Origin: Anthoceros angustus
Lineage: Eukaryota; Plantae; Anthocerotophyta
Assembly: GCA_010909165.1 (NCBI GenBank)
Contig: MU008187.1
Span: 624,247-688,246, forward strand
Length of the DNA stretch: 64,000 bases
Direction: 5' to 3'
Positions 1 through 15,479 of the stretch are shown here, piece after piece. The notes below the pieces were generated by a model that was not told where the DNA came from, searched no databases, and saw nothing but the letters and a program-made list of their open reading frames with translations. The translations under genes and the position numbers were made by a program. Position 1 is the stretch's first letter. The number at the start of each line of letters is the position of its first letter.

Positions 1-959
1 GAAGCAGAAATAGAAGCTCCGTGAGCGTGAGAGCGTCGGGCGAGTCCGGCAAGAGGTTGCGGAGGCTTGAAAACGTGGAAGGTGAATTCTTCGTGGACAA
101 GAGCTGCATCGACTGCGACACATGCCGGTGGATGGCGCCGGCCACCTTCTCCGCCAAGGCAGGCCAGTCGGCGGTGCACCAGCAGCCGGCCACGGAGCAG
201 GAGCGGCTCAAGGCGCTGCAGGCGCTGCTGTCGTGCCCCACGGGCTCCATCCGCACCCAGACGCCGCCTCCCGACATCTTCCAAGCGCAGCTCACCTTCC
301 CCATACCTGTGGCGGAGGACGGCCAAACCCTACCCGGCGTCTACCACTGCGGCTACCACTCCCCCAAGTCCTTTGCCGCCACCACCTACCTCGTGGTCCG
401 GGACGGGGGCAACATCCTGGTGGACTCCCCGCGCTTCACCGAGAAGCTGGCCGCGCGGCTGGAGAGCATGGGAGGCGTGCGCTACCTCCTCCTCTCGCAC
501 GTGGACGACATCGCCGAGCACCAGCGCTGGCAGCAGCGATTCCGGTGCGAAAGAATCATGCACGAGACGGAGATCCATCGCGACGCGGGATTGGCTGGCG
601 TGGAGATGCCGCTCCGGGGCGTCGGGCCCTGGCCTCTCGGCCCGGACGCTGAGCTTGTGTTCAATCCCGGGCATTCCCCTGGCTCCGTCTCGCTTTTCTT
701 GAAGGACAGGATGGCTCTGTTTACAGGGGACCACGTCGCTTCAGGGGAGGATGGGGAGTTCCAGATCCATCGCGAGTACAATGCACACTCTGTGGAGGTG
801 CAAATCGAAAGCCTGCGGAACGCCACAATGCCCCTGCATTTTGTGTGGTTGCTCCCTGGCCATGGAAGGAGGTACAAATTCGACAGCCTTGAACACAAGA
901 ATCGAGTGCTTGAGGACGTGATTGCACGTGAGGAGGCCTTATTCACTAACAAGTCATGA
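1..959 (+). CDS. 4Fe-4S ferredoxin + metallo-beta-lactamase-fold fusion protein, intronless in the window, 5'-partial, probably plastid-targeted
   Basis: Frame is open from the window edge (SRNRSSVSVRAS..., Ser/Arg-rich like the end of a transit peptide). Contains CIDCDTC...CP ferredoxin motif, then MBL motifs LSHVDDIAEH, PGHSPGS, FTGDH and LPGHG. Stop TGA at 957-959. Confidence 0.85.
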   Translation, partial: SRNRSSVSVRASGESGKRLRRLENVEGEFFVDKSCIDCDTCRWMAPATFSAKAGQSAVHQQPATEQERLKALQALLSCPTGSIRTQTPPPDIFQAQLTFPIPVAEDGQTLPGVYHCGYHSPKSFAATTYLVVRDGGNILVDSPRFTEKLAARLESMGGVRYLLLSHVDDIAEHQRWQQRFRCERIMHETEIHRDAGLAGVEMPLRGVGPWPLGPDAELVFNPGHSPGSVSLFLKDRMALFTGDHVASGEDGEFQIHREYNAHSVEVQIESLRNATMPLHFVWLLPGHGRRYKFDSLEHKNRVLEDVIAREEALFTNKS

Positions 960-1582
960 CACTCATTCCACCAACGAGCTGCCAGGTTGCAAAGTACCTC
1001 AAACCGTAAGGGGGTTACGAGCTGAATTGCAAGATCTGAACATAGCGGAATTCTAGTTCAAGTGTACATAGTCAGTGTGGGTCTTTTTCCAGACTGCGTA
1101 CGCTCCATCCCACACTGTATGTAATACATCAAATCTTCCCTGTATTCTTCTTGCATAGAGTATTACAAGTCGGTGCCCTGTTCGGGCTGTCCAAGAAAAA
1201 CAGGCGGGCATTAGGAACGAGCATCTTTCTACGTAAACAACTGCACAGACAAATCCTGTCATTTGCAGTGTTTAAGTGTAATAAGCTGCTTGCCGGCAGC
1301 TCTTTTAGATTCTTCCTGGAGAGAGAGAGGGCACAACCCGGCTGTCTGCATTCGCAGCTGGCTAGGTGGTTGAGGCATCGCGGGATCCCTCGGCCGGCGT
1401 AACCGGATCAAGTGAATGGCAGCAGCAGGCGCAGGTTCTCTCTGCCTGGGTTTTCATGTACAGGGAGGGCCGGGCCCGTTGGGCGGTTATATATGGCACC
1501 CGCTCCACTCTTGGCGTCCTTATGTCATACCCAGCTCCTTCGGCTTGGCAGATGGACTAGAGAGTGGAGGGGGGGTCGAGAG

Positions 1583-4331
1583 TCATAGCTGTTTAGATTC
1601 CTCCATGTCCAGCAAAGCTTTGTCTGCCTTCTCAACTGCTGCTGCGAGATCGCTCTCGGAAGGGAGCAATCCAAGGAAAGGTAGTGGAAGGAGGGAGGAC
1701 ACATTGCAGATGATGAGGAGGAGGAGCAGGTGATCGAAGTTCGTGCTGGTGACGCCCAGCACCTGTGTCAGCCCGGCGCCCATTAGTCCGCCTGTGACGC
1801 CGGCTCCGTTGCTGATGGACATGAGTGTTGCGAACAGGGTGGCTTCGACACCTGGGGGACAAAGCCTGGCTGCCAGAACTAGGATAGGCATGAAGGATAC
1901 CTGGAGAGGCCAGTAGGAGCCACTGGTTATTTCTAGAACAATGTAAACAGACCTCGTTCACCCAAACCATGGTACTCGTTGAGGGGTCGGGCTGACTCAC
2001 CTGTCCCAAAACGGTGAGTATCAACGAGTCGCCCATGGCAAACCACTGGTCACTGATGCCCAAAGCGCGATTAGCCCCCGTCACCAGTAAGAGCTGAATG
2101 GACAGGACAACGAAGGAAAGAAAAAGTTATCAGAAGCACAACGGAAGGTTACGACATGGTTGGTGTACTAGCTGTCATGAGATCAGGTCAGCACGTGTTT
2201 TACCTGAGTGAGACCCAGAACCGCTCCCACGATTGTTGTCCAGAAAAACATCTTCTGAAGAGACACGTGCTTCAGCCAGCCGTTATAGACGCCCACTCCT
2301 ACTAGTGAGGCAACTGATGTAACCAACCTTACACGTCCAAGGAATTCAGGCCCAAAGCCCAGTTTGTTGGTACTGTACCATCAGACGAGAACCCACAATC
2401 AGAAGCTGCTGCTGACCATTCGAGAAAGCATAGAAATCCTAGCGACAAAAGCCTCTACAATGAGTCTCGGGGTCATGGTGCTCACGTGAAATAGAACATG
2501 GCGGTATCTGAAGTAGGTGTGGCTTGCCACAAAAAGATAAATAAAGTTGGCAAGAAAATATTCGGCTCCTTAGCTGTGCGCCATAAGTGGCCCATCTGCA
2601 CCCTGGCTAAATCCACAACCCCTGAAGCCCATTTGGACCCAGCGTTACCCATTGTTCCCGACGCATAAACAGATTGTTCTTGAACTAATCCTGCAACGGC
2701 AGAGGTAATGAGAGGCAACAGAGCCGTTACACCAAACACAAACCTGCACGTACATACGTCTGGTGCAGTTAGACAAGGCAGAGACACAACAACAACACCC
2801 TGACAGTTGCAAAAGCTTTCTGCTCTATGTTTCCAGCTTCTCGAGTACTCACATCCCAAGTCTCACCTCACGCCATATGATTCTACGAGGTAGCCACTGA
2901 AGTAAGCGCTAACTATTCCTCCGGTTGCTGAAGACCCCCAGCAGAGAGACTGCAGCGAGCCAGCAGTGCCCTGAGACTCTCCACGAGCTCGCTCAACAAC
3001 CATGGAATCGACAACCTACATGAAAATACATATGATGAGCACAAAGAACCAGAGCTCCAAAAAATTGAAGGCCACCCTGAACTTTAAAAATGCTACAGAT
3101 CGTGTTCCAACTACTTAGCACTAAGGAAACCATGCACTTACAACATCAGAGAAAGCCACAGACAAGGAGCTGAGGAATATTGCAACTAGAGCTGTATACT
3201 TGCTGTCCACCAAAAATGCAAGGCCACCCCATGCTACAGCTCCTAGGAAGCCACAAAGCACAAGATAAGACCTTCTTCGGTACCCGAAAAGAGGAAGTCC
3301 ATCACTGTGACAAGCATCATCCAGACGACGTTCAGTGAATCATGTTAACAAAACTTGCTCATGGGAGGGCAATCAGGCGTAGGGACCCACTCGCCTTACC
3401 TAATAAAACCATAGATGGGCTTCACAAGCCACGGGAACGCAGAAACACCCGACAATAGAGCAGTCTGCAGCACAGAACATGGAGTATAAGCTTATATAAC
3501 TTCCAAAGTAGCTATCCGAGTACACAATATCAGCCGAGTGAGCTGAGGAGGCACCTCTGCAGGGCTCAAATGAAGATCATCCTTGAGGAAAAAACTGACA
3601 GCAAGCCGAGAAAGCCCCAAAATCCCTTGCACGAAATACACCATGGAGATGGCAACAATATCAGGGGACAATTCCACGCCAAAAAGGGTCAGCTTCCTCT
3701 TGGATGGCTTTTTCTCCGGCCCTAGCAAGTCAATAGCTTCACTTCCATCCAACTCTTCCCCTCGGAAGCTCGGACTCTCTACATCGCCCTCATCCTGGAG
3801 AGGCTGTTGGCCTCGCAACGTCTGCGAATCTGGTGATGGAGAAATTGCAAACCAGTCTGTTACCACTTAACGAGCTAGGTGTGAGGGTACGACCACAAGC
3901 CCGAGGCATACAAACACTACCTTTGTTTGCAGCGTAGGATGGACTGCTCTGCCTCATAAAGCGGCCGTCAGAAGCAAAGTCCCAAGGTGAATCCTCCCGC
4001 CGACTCATTGCTCCTGGGAACCTAGCTGCTTTCCCTTTCCTGATGGCGCAGCAGCGGTGGCAGGGGGACACTGTTGCGGCGAACCATTTGCTCCCGGCAC
4101 GTACTGTTCTAAGCCCTGAGCTAGAGAGACGCCTGATGCCGGGATTGCACGACCCGGAGAGTTCCACTCCACCAGCCCCGCGTCCGGCTCTGCCTCCGGT
4201 CGGTCGACCTTCCTTGTAGATAACCTGTGTAGACAGGATTCTACTTGATAACATGGCCAGCAACTATATACGGCTCCGAGTCGAAACACCAAGGGGAGTG
4301 CCTTCCGAGACACGTTTGCAACGTTCAGCAT
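1583..4331 (-). CDS. Folate-biopterin transporter (BT1/FBT family, plastid type), multi-exon; 5' end uncertain
   Basis: Exons joined by GT-AG introns give [86 protein letters not shown] and [28 protein letters not shown]. Stop at 1583-1585. The start at ATG 4331 is tentative. Confidence 0.9.
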
Positions 4332-4840
4332 CGACGATGCAAATTTTCGAAATGGGTGCGCACATTCAGCGCTAGCGACGATTACCGTCTCCTTGGCCAC
4401 ACACTGTGTCGTGCATCACGTACGTGCTTGACATCCATCAGACCAGACAAGTATCTGCTGTCCAGTCAAACTCAAAGATTCACAAGATTGAAGTGGCATG
4501 TACGTTGCAAAAAAGCAAGTCTTAAGGATTAAAGCTTTGGGCTTTACAATGCACATGAAGGGATCAAAATACTTGTGGTTAGATTTCCCTCATGCAGAGC
4601 AGACAGATGGTTCACAAAAGCACATCTAGCTAGTGTTTCCCCCACTTGTTGCTGCCTAGCTATAGCCTACGGGCGTGGAGGGCCCCTGGTGCGATGTCCA
4701 ACCTACACGCCTACCTCGGCAGGCACGTGGGTGCCGGTAGGCCTGGACTCCCGACATGTGCAAACAGGGCAGTGGTGGACAGGTGCTGCACATCCGAAAA
4801 CTCCACCGCCCCGACAAAGAATGAATTTGCTAAATCTTGC

Positions 4841-7463
<2,623 letters not shown>

Positions 7464-7642
7464 GCCGAGCGCACCAATCAAAAAGACGTCTCGTGATTCT
7501 CAGACTGCTCCTCCTTCACCGGTCGAGCGCACAGAGAGAGCCGGGGTGAAACGCAGAGGGACCAACTCACAGATCTCGAATAAGTGTGGGGAAGTGAACA
7601 CAACCGGGAAAGACTGCTTCAACACCAACCCCACGCACTCTC

Positions 7643-7882
7643 TATATAGAAGAGGCTTTTCTGGGTCTCGGTAAATGCGGTCTCCTGCTGCTTCTAGCGA
7701 GATGCCACGTCAGCAGCCACAGACCACGTCACAGCGCAGGGGCGGACCAATGAGAGGCCGAGTTGGCGTGGCACGGTGGCAGCGACCAATGGGCGGCCTC
7801 GGCCACGCACTGCCACGCTGGCGCGGCCCGGTCCGAGCCAATGCGGTCGCCAGAAGGTGCTGGCCGCCGGGCATGCTATTTA
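7643..7882. promoter_or_regulatory. Bidirectional core promoter shared by BiP and GRP94
   Basis: TATATA at 7643-7648 (BiP side) and TATTTA at 7877-7882 (GRP94 side). Two UPRE TGACGTGG on the minus strand at 7705-7712 and 7724-7731. CCAAT at 7747, 7786 and 7838. Further CCACG at 7803 and 7813. Confidence 0.75.
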
Positions 7883-8020
7883 CCGGCGTCAGCCGGTCGG
7901 CGCGGGGACTACTGCTTCCCAGTTCCAGCTTTACATGCAACAACAGAACGCTGAGAGAGCCGTGGCAGGGGCCAAGATTGGGACCGGATTGGGCTGGATT
8001 TGCTTGTGGGCGCTGCAACC

Positions 8021-11000
8021 ATGAGGCGATCGGGGGCGGCTTGGCTGCTCTGCCTGCTTGTAGCCTTCGCGGTGTTGAATCATGACAGTGAGTGGCGCGC
8101 TTTGGCCTGTGTGGGCGGTCGTCAGCTTTGAGGGATCTTGTGGGCTGGTGGAGTGATCGATGCGCCTGCGGATTTCTGAGGGGGCGTTGCATGCAGAGTT
8201 GCCGATGACTCTTTGAGGGTCATGCGCGGGGGGTGTGATTGTTTTGTGGGTTGTGGGCGATGGAAGGAAGGACGGATCAGTCTTGGATCTTGGGTGTGGC
8301 GTTTTAGTCGTGCATGTAAAAGGGGATGGGAGGAGGGGTCTTGGTGGGGGAGGGAGCAAATTGGCGGTGTTTGGTGATGTGTTCTGGTGGGCATTGCGGA
8401 GGATGTCGGAATGCGGTGCATTGCAGGCTTGAATTGAGCTGGCATCGTTGATCCGTAGGCATGCATAGACCAGTTCCTGTTTGGAGTGCTGGGCTGTGAG
8501 AGGCTTGATGTCGTGTGAAATGGCGGCCTTCTATGCTACATGGCTGGTTTGTCGAGTTCTGCGGATCACGTGGTTTTGAGATCTGGGTCCCATGTTCTTG
8601 TCGGACAGTGGTTTTGAGTTCTGTTTTGGGGCACTATGCAGGTTGGCAGTCCCATGTGAAAGCAGAGGAGAGTGTCGATGCCGATTTGCGAGACGCACCT
8701 AAGATCGAGGAGAAGTTCGGCGCCGTCCCTCCCGGGCTGTCCACTGATTCCGAAGTCGTACAGAGGTGGTTAAGGCGCCTGGCTTTTCTATTCGGATGCT
8801 TTGTGGGGCAGAGGGACGGTTGCCCCTCTGCTCTCCCTGCTCGTTGTGAACGCTCGCTGAAGAGTTGTTGTCGGACTGTTGATACAGGGAAGCAGAGTCG
8901 ATCAGAACATTGAGGACTCATGGAGAGAAGTTTGAGTTTCAGGCTGAAGTGTCCAGGCTTATGGAAATTATTATCCACTCGCTGTACAGCAACAAGGACA
9001 TCTTTCTGCGAGAACTTATCTCGAACGCCTCAGATGTGAGTCCTTCGGGCGTGCACGTGTTGCAGTGATGTAGTTGTGTGGCATTGTACTGGGTTCAAGC
9101 GAGCTTGAACCTTGTTGGTTTGACCATGGCAGGCACTGGACAAGATCAGGTTCCTATCACTCACTGATAAGACCGTCCTTGGGGAGGGTGAGGACAGCAA
9201 GTTGGAGATTGAGGTACTGTATTCTTTTCCTTTCTTTCATGTTGTCAGCATGGATTGCTCAAAAGGAATAATGTTAATTTGCAAGGATGAGCTCCTGACA
9301 TCTATCTTGGGAACAGATCAAAGTGGACAAAGATCGAAAACTCCTGTCTATTCGGGACAGGGGTGTTGGCATGACAAAGGAGGACTTGGTTAAGAACCTT
9401 GGCACAATTGCCAGGTCGGGCACATCAGGTACTTGGGAGGTTTCTGAGGCATGGTGCCTCTGATGGTCGAATTTCTCCCTTGTCTCCTAACAGTAAGGAC
9501 TTTCCACATCTTAAATTTTGACTGCTTTTGTCAACTGGTTTGCAGCATTCCTTGAGCAGATGCAAAAAGGAGGTGATTTGAACCTGATCGGGCAGTTTGG
9601 AGTAGGATTTTATTCTGTCTACCTTGTCGCTGACTATGTCGAAGTGATCAGCAAGCACAATGATGACAAACAGTGAGTGGTGGAATTCAGATTCTCTGGT
9701 GAAGCAGATGGGAAAGTCTTGTGGAGTTGAGTGATGACTGCCCCATACTCTTCAGGCAAGTTGCTCACTGTAGTGTGCCCCAATGTCCATCGCAGGCACA
9801 TCTGGGAATCCAAAGCTGATGGAGCGTTTGTAGTCCTGGAGGATACTGAGAATGAGCCGCTCGGTCGGGGGACGGAGATAAGAATACACCTGAAGGATGA
9901 TGCCAGCGAGTACGCTCAAGAGGACAAACTTCGAGTAAGTTCTATGTCTGCTCTTGTCTGACTATTCTTGCATTAGAACTTGAAGTAGAGACAAGCCAAT
10001 TTCTCTCTCTGCACAATGTGATTCTCACCAGCCATTGACTACAGGAGCTAGTCAAGAAATACTCAGAGTTCATCAACTTCCCCATCCGTCTCTGGGCAAG
10101 CAAGGACATTGATGTGGAGGTGCCCGCAGATGAGGAATCTGAAGAAGTGGCCGAGGATGAAGAGCTGAAAGAGAGTAAGCTTTCATTTCTGAGGCTGAAT
10201 GTTTTGCTGCTTTGCACAGGAGCAGCCAAATGTTGCAATTTCAAGCAATCATGCAGAGAGCTTTGGACATGATTCTGACTTAGATTTCGTTTTAACCACG
10301 TTGCTGCAGCTGAGGAGACGGTTGAAGATGTGGAAGAAGATGGTGCTAGCGATAAGAGTGAGTAATCCATGTGTTTCCGCTGTCTCTGACCTGCGAGCCA
10401 ATGATGTGTTATCTCAAATCTGTTTGGAACATGTGTATCCAGAGCCCAAGACAAAGACTGTCAAGGAAACAAAGTGGGACTGGGAGGTCCTGAACGATGT
10501 GAAAGCTGTATGGCTGCGGAACCCTAAGGAGGTGTCTGAGGAGGAGTACTCCAAGTTCTACCATACTTTGGCCAAGGTAGTCCACTTTGCCGCTAGGTGT
10601 AGTTCTACCCTTGGTGATTTATTGTTTCCAACTTGCCAACAGTGCTCGACAGTTCTCTACCAGCTCCAAGAGCGTTGCTTTACGGTCCTTGTTGTCATGG
10701 CTGAGGACTTCCGTCTGTCAAGTAGCAGATCCAGAAGCTGACCAGTGGCATTTGGTGCTCAGGACTTCGGTGAGGACAAGCCTCTCGCTTGGTCACATTT
10801 CAGCGCTGAAGGTGATGTAGAATTCAAGGCAATCCTATACATTCCCCCCAAAGCGCCATATGATCTTTTTGAGAACTACTATAACACGAAGGCAACAATC
10901 AAGCTCTTCGTTCGGAGAGTTTTCATCACAGATGAATTTGATGAGCTGCTCCCCAAATATTTGAGCTTCATCAAGGTATATGAAGTGACGGGGGCTTTGT

Positions 11001-12807
11001 GGATCTCTGTTAGCAAACACTTTTGTGCGTGGGAAAACTTGCCTGGAAGCTGACTCACTAGATGCGTACTTCGTTGTTTGCAGGGAATAGTCGACTCGGA
11101 CACTTTGCCCTTGAATGTTTCACGAGAAATGTTGCAACAACACAGCGCTCTCAAGACCATTAAGAAGAAGCTTGTCCGAAAAGCTTTGGATATGATCCGC
11201 CGAATCTATGAAGAGGATCCTGATGAAGCCCACGAAGGCAAAACATCTGGTATGTACGTGGATTCAATCAAAGCAAGCCCTAAATGTCCAGGATTGTTCG
11301 AAGCGAAAGTGTGTATTGTGGAAGGTCGGGATTGTTCACCACCAGCTGTCAGTTGCTTTGCTCTGAATCTCCCCTGAATTGTTCAGATGAGGAAACGGCC
11401 GTGGAGAACTCTGAGAAGAAGGGGAAATACGTGAAGTTCTGGAATGAGTTCGGCAAAGCTATCAAGCTAGGAGTGATTGAAGATGCAGCCAATCGTGCTA
11501 GGTTGTCTAAGCTACTGAGATTTCACAGGTACAGTCACAGTCGAATCACCTTGTGGAGTCTGCATGTCAGCTGACATTGTATGCTAACGTGGCCTACCGT
11601 CATCCATGTGTGTATTGGCAGCTCCAAGTCAGGTGGCAACTTGACATCACTCGATCAGTATATTTCCCGAATGAAGGAAGGACAAAAGCAGATCTACTAC
11701 ATAACTGGTCAGAGCAAAGAAGAACTGGAGAACTCTCCGTTCTTGGAGAAGCTGCTCGCAAAGGGTTATGAGGTAGGAGCTTGTCTTGCTGTCATAGCCG
11801 GGTGCTTGTGTGCATGCGTTTGCAAATATATCCCAGCTATTCGAGTCCAGTCCTGCTTACTGACGCACCCCGCGGTTTATGCTTGTTCGTGCCACAGGTG
11901 ATCTACTTCGTGGACCCTATCGATGAGTACTTGATGCAGAACTTGTCTGAATATGAAGAGAAGAAGTTCCAGAATGTTTCCAAGGATGACCTCAAGATCG
12001 CTACCAAGGCGGAAAAGGCAAGGAACAAGCAGTTGAAGGAGTCGTTCAAGGATCTGACCAAGTGGTGGAAAGAGGCCGTTCCCGGAGACAGATTAGAGTC
12101 CGTGAAAGTGAGCAGTCGCCTTTCCGGCACTCCTGCTGTCGTAGTGACCTCCAAATTCGGATGGAGCGCAAACATGGAGCGCATCATGCAAGCCCAGACT
12201 CTGACAGATCCCAGCAAGCAAGGCTACATGCGAGGGAAGAGGATCCTGGAAATTAACCCTAGGCATCCTATTATCAAGGACCTGAGGGAGAGGGTGGCCA
12301 GCAACTCAGAGGTAAGCTTCGGCAGCCATGTCCGGTCTTTGTCTGTGCGACCTTGCATGTGATCGCTGCTGTACGTAACTCACATCGGGTCCGTGAATCT
12401 GTTGCAGGACGAGAGTGCTAAAGCCGTGGCAACCCTAATCTACGAAACCGCTCTGCTCCAGAGCGGTTTCATCCCAGACGACTCGAAGGACTTCGCAACT
12501 CGCATCTACTCTGTGATCAAGTCGAATTTGAACTTAAGCCCGGACGCGGACGTGGAGCCTGAGGAGGAGGTTACTGAGGAAGACGAGACCGCGGCAGAAG
12601 CAAAGGATTCCGACAAGGTACGCACCCACCTACCTACACACGGTGACCTTGGCCAGGTTGTTAGTTCCTGAAAGCATGGTGGTAACATTTTTTTCCTTTG
12701 GACAGGGAGGGGATCACGAACAGGACGCACATCCTGACGAGGAATTCGAGAGCTTTAATGCCCAGAATTTTGACGACTCGAGCTTCGACCTGAAAGACGA
12801 GTTGTAA
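8021..12807 (+). CDS. GRP94: Endoplasmin / GRP94 (ER HSP90, SHEPHERD ortholog), multi-exon
   Basis: Exon 1 [22 protein letters not shown] (ATG 8021, donor at 8088) splices to WQSHVKAEE...[11 protein letters not shown]. Further motifs [34 protein letters not shown] and LEINPRHP. Ends FDLKDEL* with TAA at 12805-12807. Confidence 0.98.
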
Positions 12808-15332
12808 TCGCCACAGCCAGAACAGGCCATGTAATTTTGCCAGGAGTAGAGACACACTTGAGATGCTAGTCTAGTCTAGAGAAAAGACATGGACAAAAAG
12901 TGGACAATTGTCCTCGGCGGGTGGGAGAGTAGTCCAGCCTCCCCCAGCGTGGTCTCGTTATATAATGGAAATCATTGAGCAGTCTTTGGTGCGTGAGACT
13001 GACGTCAGAGTCCTTCTGACCTGAAAGCTACACCCCACATTCCAGACCAGGGTGGACAAACCTCTGGCCTCGTGTTGACATGCTGCCTGCTTCACAGTAT
13101 GCATTTTCCATTGCCCTTCACACAACCTGCTGCATAGGTGCCCACATTTCCCACTTAGAAAGCATGCAGCATGTGCTATTCGCTGTTTGCTATTTGCCGC
13201 TGGCACTAGCAGGAGACCGACCCTGACATATCTAGCCAGCCGAGTCATCAGCTGCCAGTAGCAGCAACCCGAAAAATCGCCCCCCGGCCCACCGTCACAC
13301 TGGAGCACGATTTTTCTCCCAGGCTATCGCGATTTGCACATTGCACAAGCGGGAGTCGGCCCCAATATCTGCCTCATCCCAGTCAGCTTGGTGTCTCAAT
13401 CATGCTGCTGCTGCTGCCAAAATGCTTCTCTATTCTGGCAGATATTTGGAGGGACCTGTCACAGTGCCCCTAAATTGGCGTCAAAGGGCAGGCTAGGCAG
13501 AGCCCACCCGGTGCCCAACCGTCGTGACTGCACCAATGGCGGCTACCGTATGCAGCACACCAAGGACGTTACCGCTCTACATATCTTCGAACGACTAACA
13601 CGCGCTGTGTACCATGTATCTACGCCTGTGGCCCTCCTACCCTACCCGGCCCCGCATGAATCTACGTCTGTGGTTCCCCACTGCCGGTACGTACAGGTCC
13701 GAGTCTTCCTTCACGTGTGTTCGTGGTGCTCCCTTTTGCCTGCAACCTGCGTCCCAGGTTTCGAATCTCTCGACTTGTTTTTGCAGATGTGTCCGCATAC
13801 ACACACACGCTTAGGGTTTACTGTTGCTCTCACTTGTGATGGCAACAGCTGTAGCCATGCCTCTATTTCGGGTGAGCAATGTGCGCCGTGCCTTTGTGGG
13901 CGGTGGATTCTTGGGGTTCGGAGGCGTCAAAGGACATGTAACGACAACATTGCTAGCCTTTCAGCTTTACCACCAAGTTATAAATCTTCCATAGCTATTC
14001 ATCCTGGCATTGACATATAGTCAAACATGACCTTGCTTTGCTAGTTGGTTGCTGCTGATATGATGAAGTAACAGCTTGCCTTGTGTCTTCGTGTGTCCAG
14101 ACTAACATGCATGTTACTTTGATTTCCAAGCACAACACTTGGAATTACCAGGTCCTATTATTGTGTATACAAATAGATAGTTACCACAGGTTTAGTTCCT
14201 TGCTGTCATGACAGCAAGGAAAGCAACGATGGCAAAGGAAGTAATTGCCTTCCATGGTTTGCCAGGTAAGCTCTCCAAGAAGTGTGTGGAGAGAAGGAGA
14301 AGTGCCTTTTCATCATCTTACACATACAAGCAGAAGTGTTTTCTAGAAGCAGCATCATCAGAAAGTAAATCGATGGTGGACACCAAGGATACATGAGGGA
14401 TAACAAGCAAGAAGAAGCATGTGAAGGTTCTTGGAGGATGAAATTCATGAGTTACTAAAAGATAATCAAGCAGTGGAGATCAATACAAATAATTGAAATT
14501 TGAAAACTAAACAGGTAAGACTAGAGCACACCACAAATAACTGAAACTTGAAAACAAAATTGGCCAGACTAGAGCACACCAGTTATGACATCTCTCTCCA
14601 AAATCTTCAAATGTGCTTTATGATGTAGCACAAGACTATAAGAATACAAAGTGGTTGATGTGGTAGGGAACACAGATGGGAGAATTGGGCAGCACCTGTT
14701 CTTTTTATATCTTAAAAGAAATACTTCATAACTTCAGCAATATACGACATATGTGTCATGTTCTATCTACGAAAACAATACATCAAACGACATCTAAAAC
14801 AAGTTTTTACGGCTCTGTCTTATAATATTTTGACTCCTTTCATGCGGGCAGGATCATATTTTGAACTGTGTTCAAGCGTCCTTGATAAGATAAATTAAAC
14901 TTGTTTCTCTAGTTCATTTTGATGATCTGGACAATGATAAGACACACAAGAAAAACGATGGAGCGGGATGAAGAAGCGATGGTTGCAAGACTTGGTGTGA
15001 TTTGTTAAAAGTGGACCTTTTTTGTGAGGTTTGGTTCTTGTCCGAGAGGCTAGAGCAGGAAAAGTAATACACATCTAGTTGAAGTGAAATCACAATGGTA
15101 TTCATAAAAGTGAAGAACAATGAGGGGAGTGGTCTGTATGTAGTTCTAGCCTAGTTAGAGACGAACGAGGTCCTTGTGGCATATTTCCTGCTCTACCATC
15201 TATTCCGAAGAGTGATCCTATCTCTTCACGGGATGATATGGTTCATGTATCTTTATAAAACTTTCATCAACAATTTCCAATTTCAGTCAGAGCATACTGC
15301 AGACTTCCCAAGCTGCCAATTTTCCACGCTCC

Positions 15333-15407
15333 AAATTTTCCAAGCTACAAACTTTCCACACTGTAAACTTTTCAAGCTGCTTGAAAAGTTTGTGGCTTGG
15401 AAAATTT
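15333..15407. repeat. Inverted repeat / hairpin within an array of aagct(a/g)caaactttt-like units
   Basis: Arms 15333-15355 and 15385-15407 pair over 23 nt with one G:U. An alternative perfect 13-bp inverted repeat spans 15365-15391. Confidence 0.8.
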
Positions 15408-15479
15408 GCTGCTTCTGAGGAAGCTTTCAAAGCCACAAACTTTTCAGGGAGCAAACTTGTGGATAGGTGGTGCGCAAGC

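Noticed and set aside
67-952. Overlapping alternative-frame ORFs on the MBL gene (likewise 62797-63909 on GH17)
   Set aside because: Expected from high GC3 codon bias; no recognisable domains.
7740-7995. Canonical ERSE (CCAAT-N9-CCACG) or ERSE-II in the BiP/GRP94 promoter
   Set aside because: Observed spacings are N12 (7786-7807) and N11 (7961-7981, minus). No exact match, so only UPRE and CCAAT boxes are reported.
12959-13007. TATATAA plus TGACGTCA as a separate promoter
   Set aside because: Lies in the probable GRP94 3' region and the motif order is atypical; no supporting evidence.
13334-14020. 228-aa ORF
   Set aside because: TTG start, Cys-rich random-looking composition, spans an intron-like segment, no motif.
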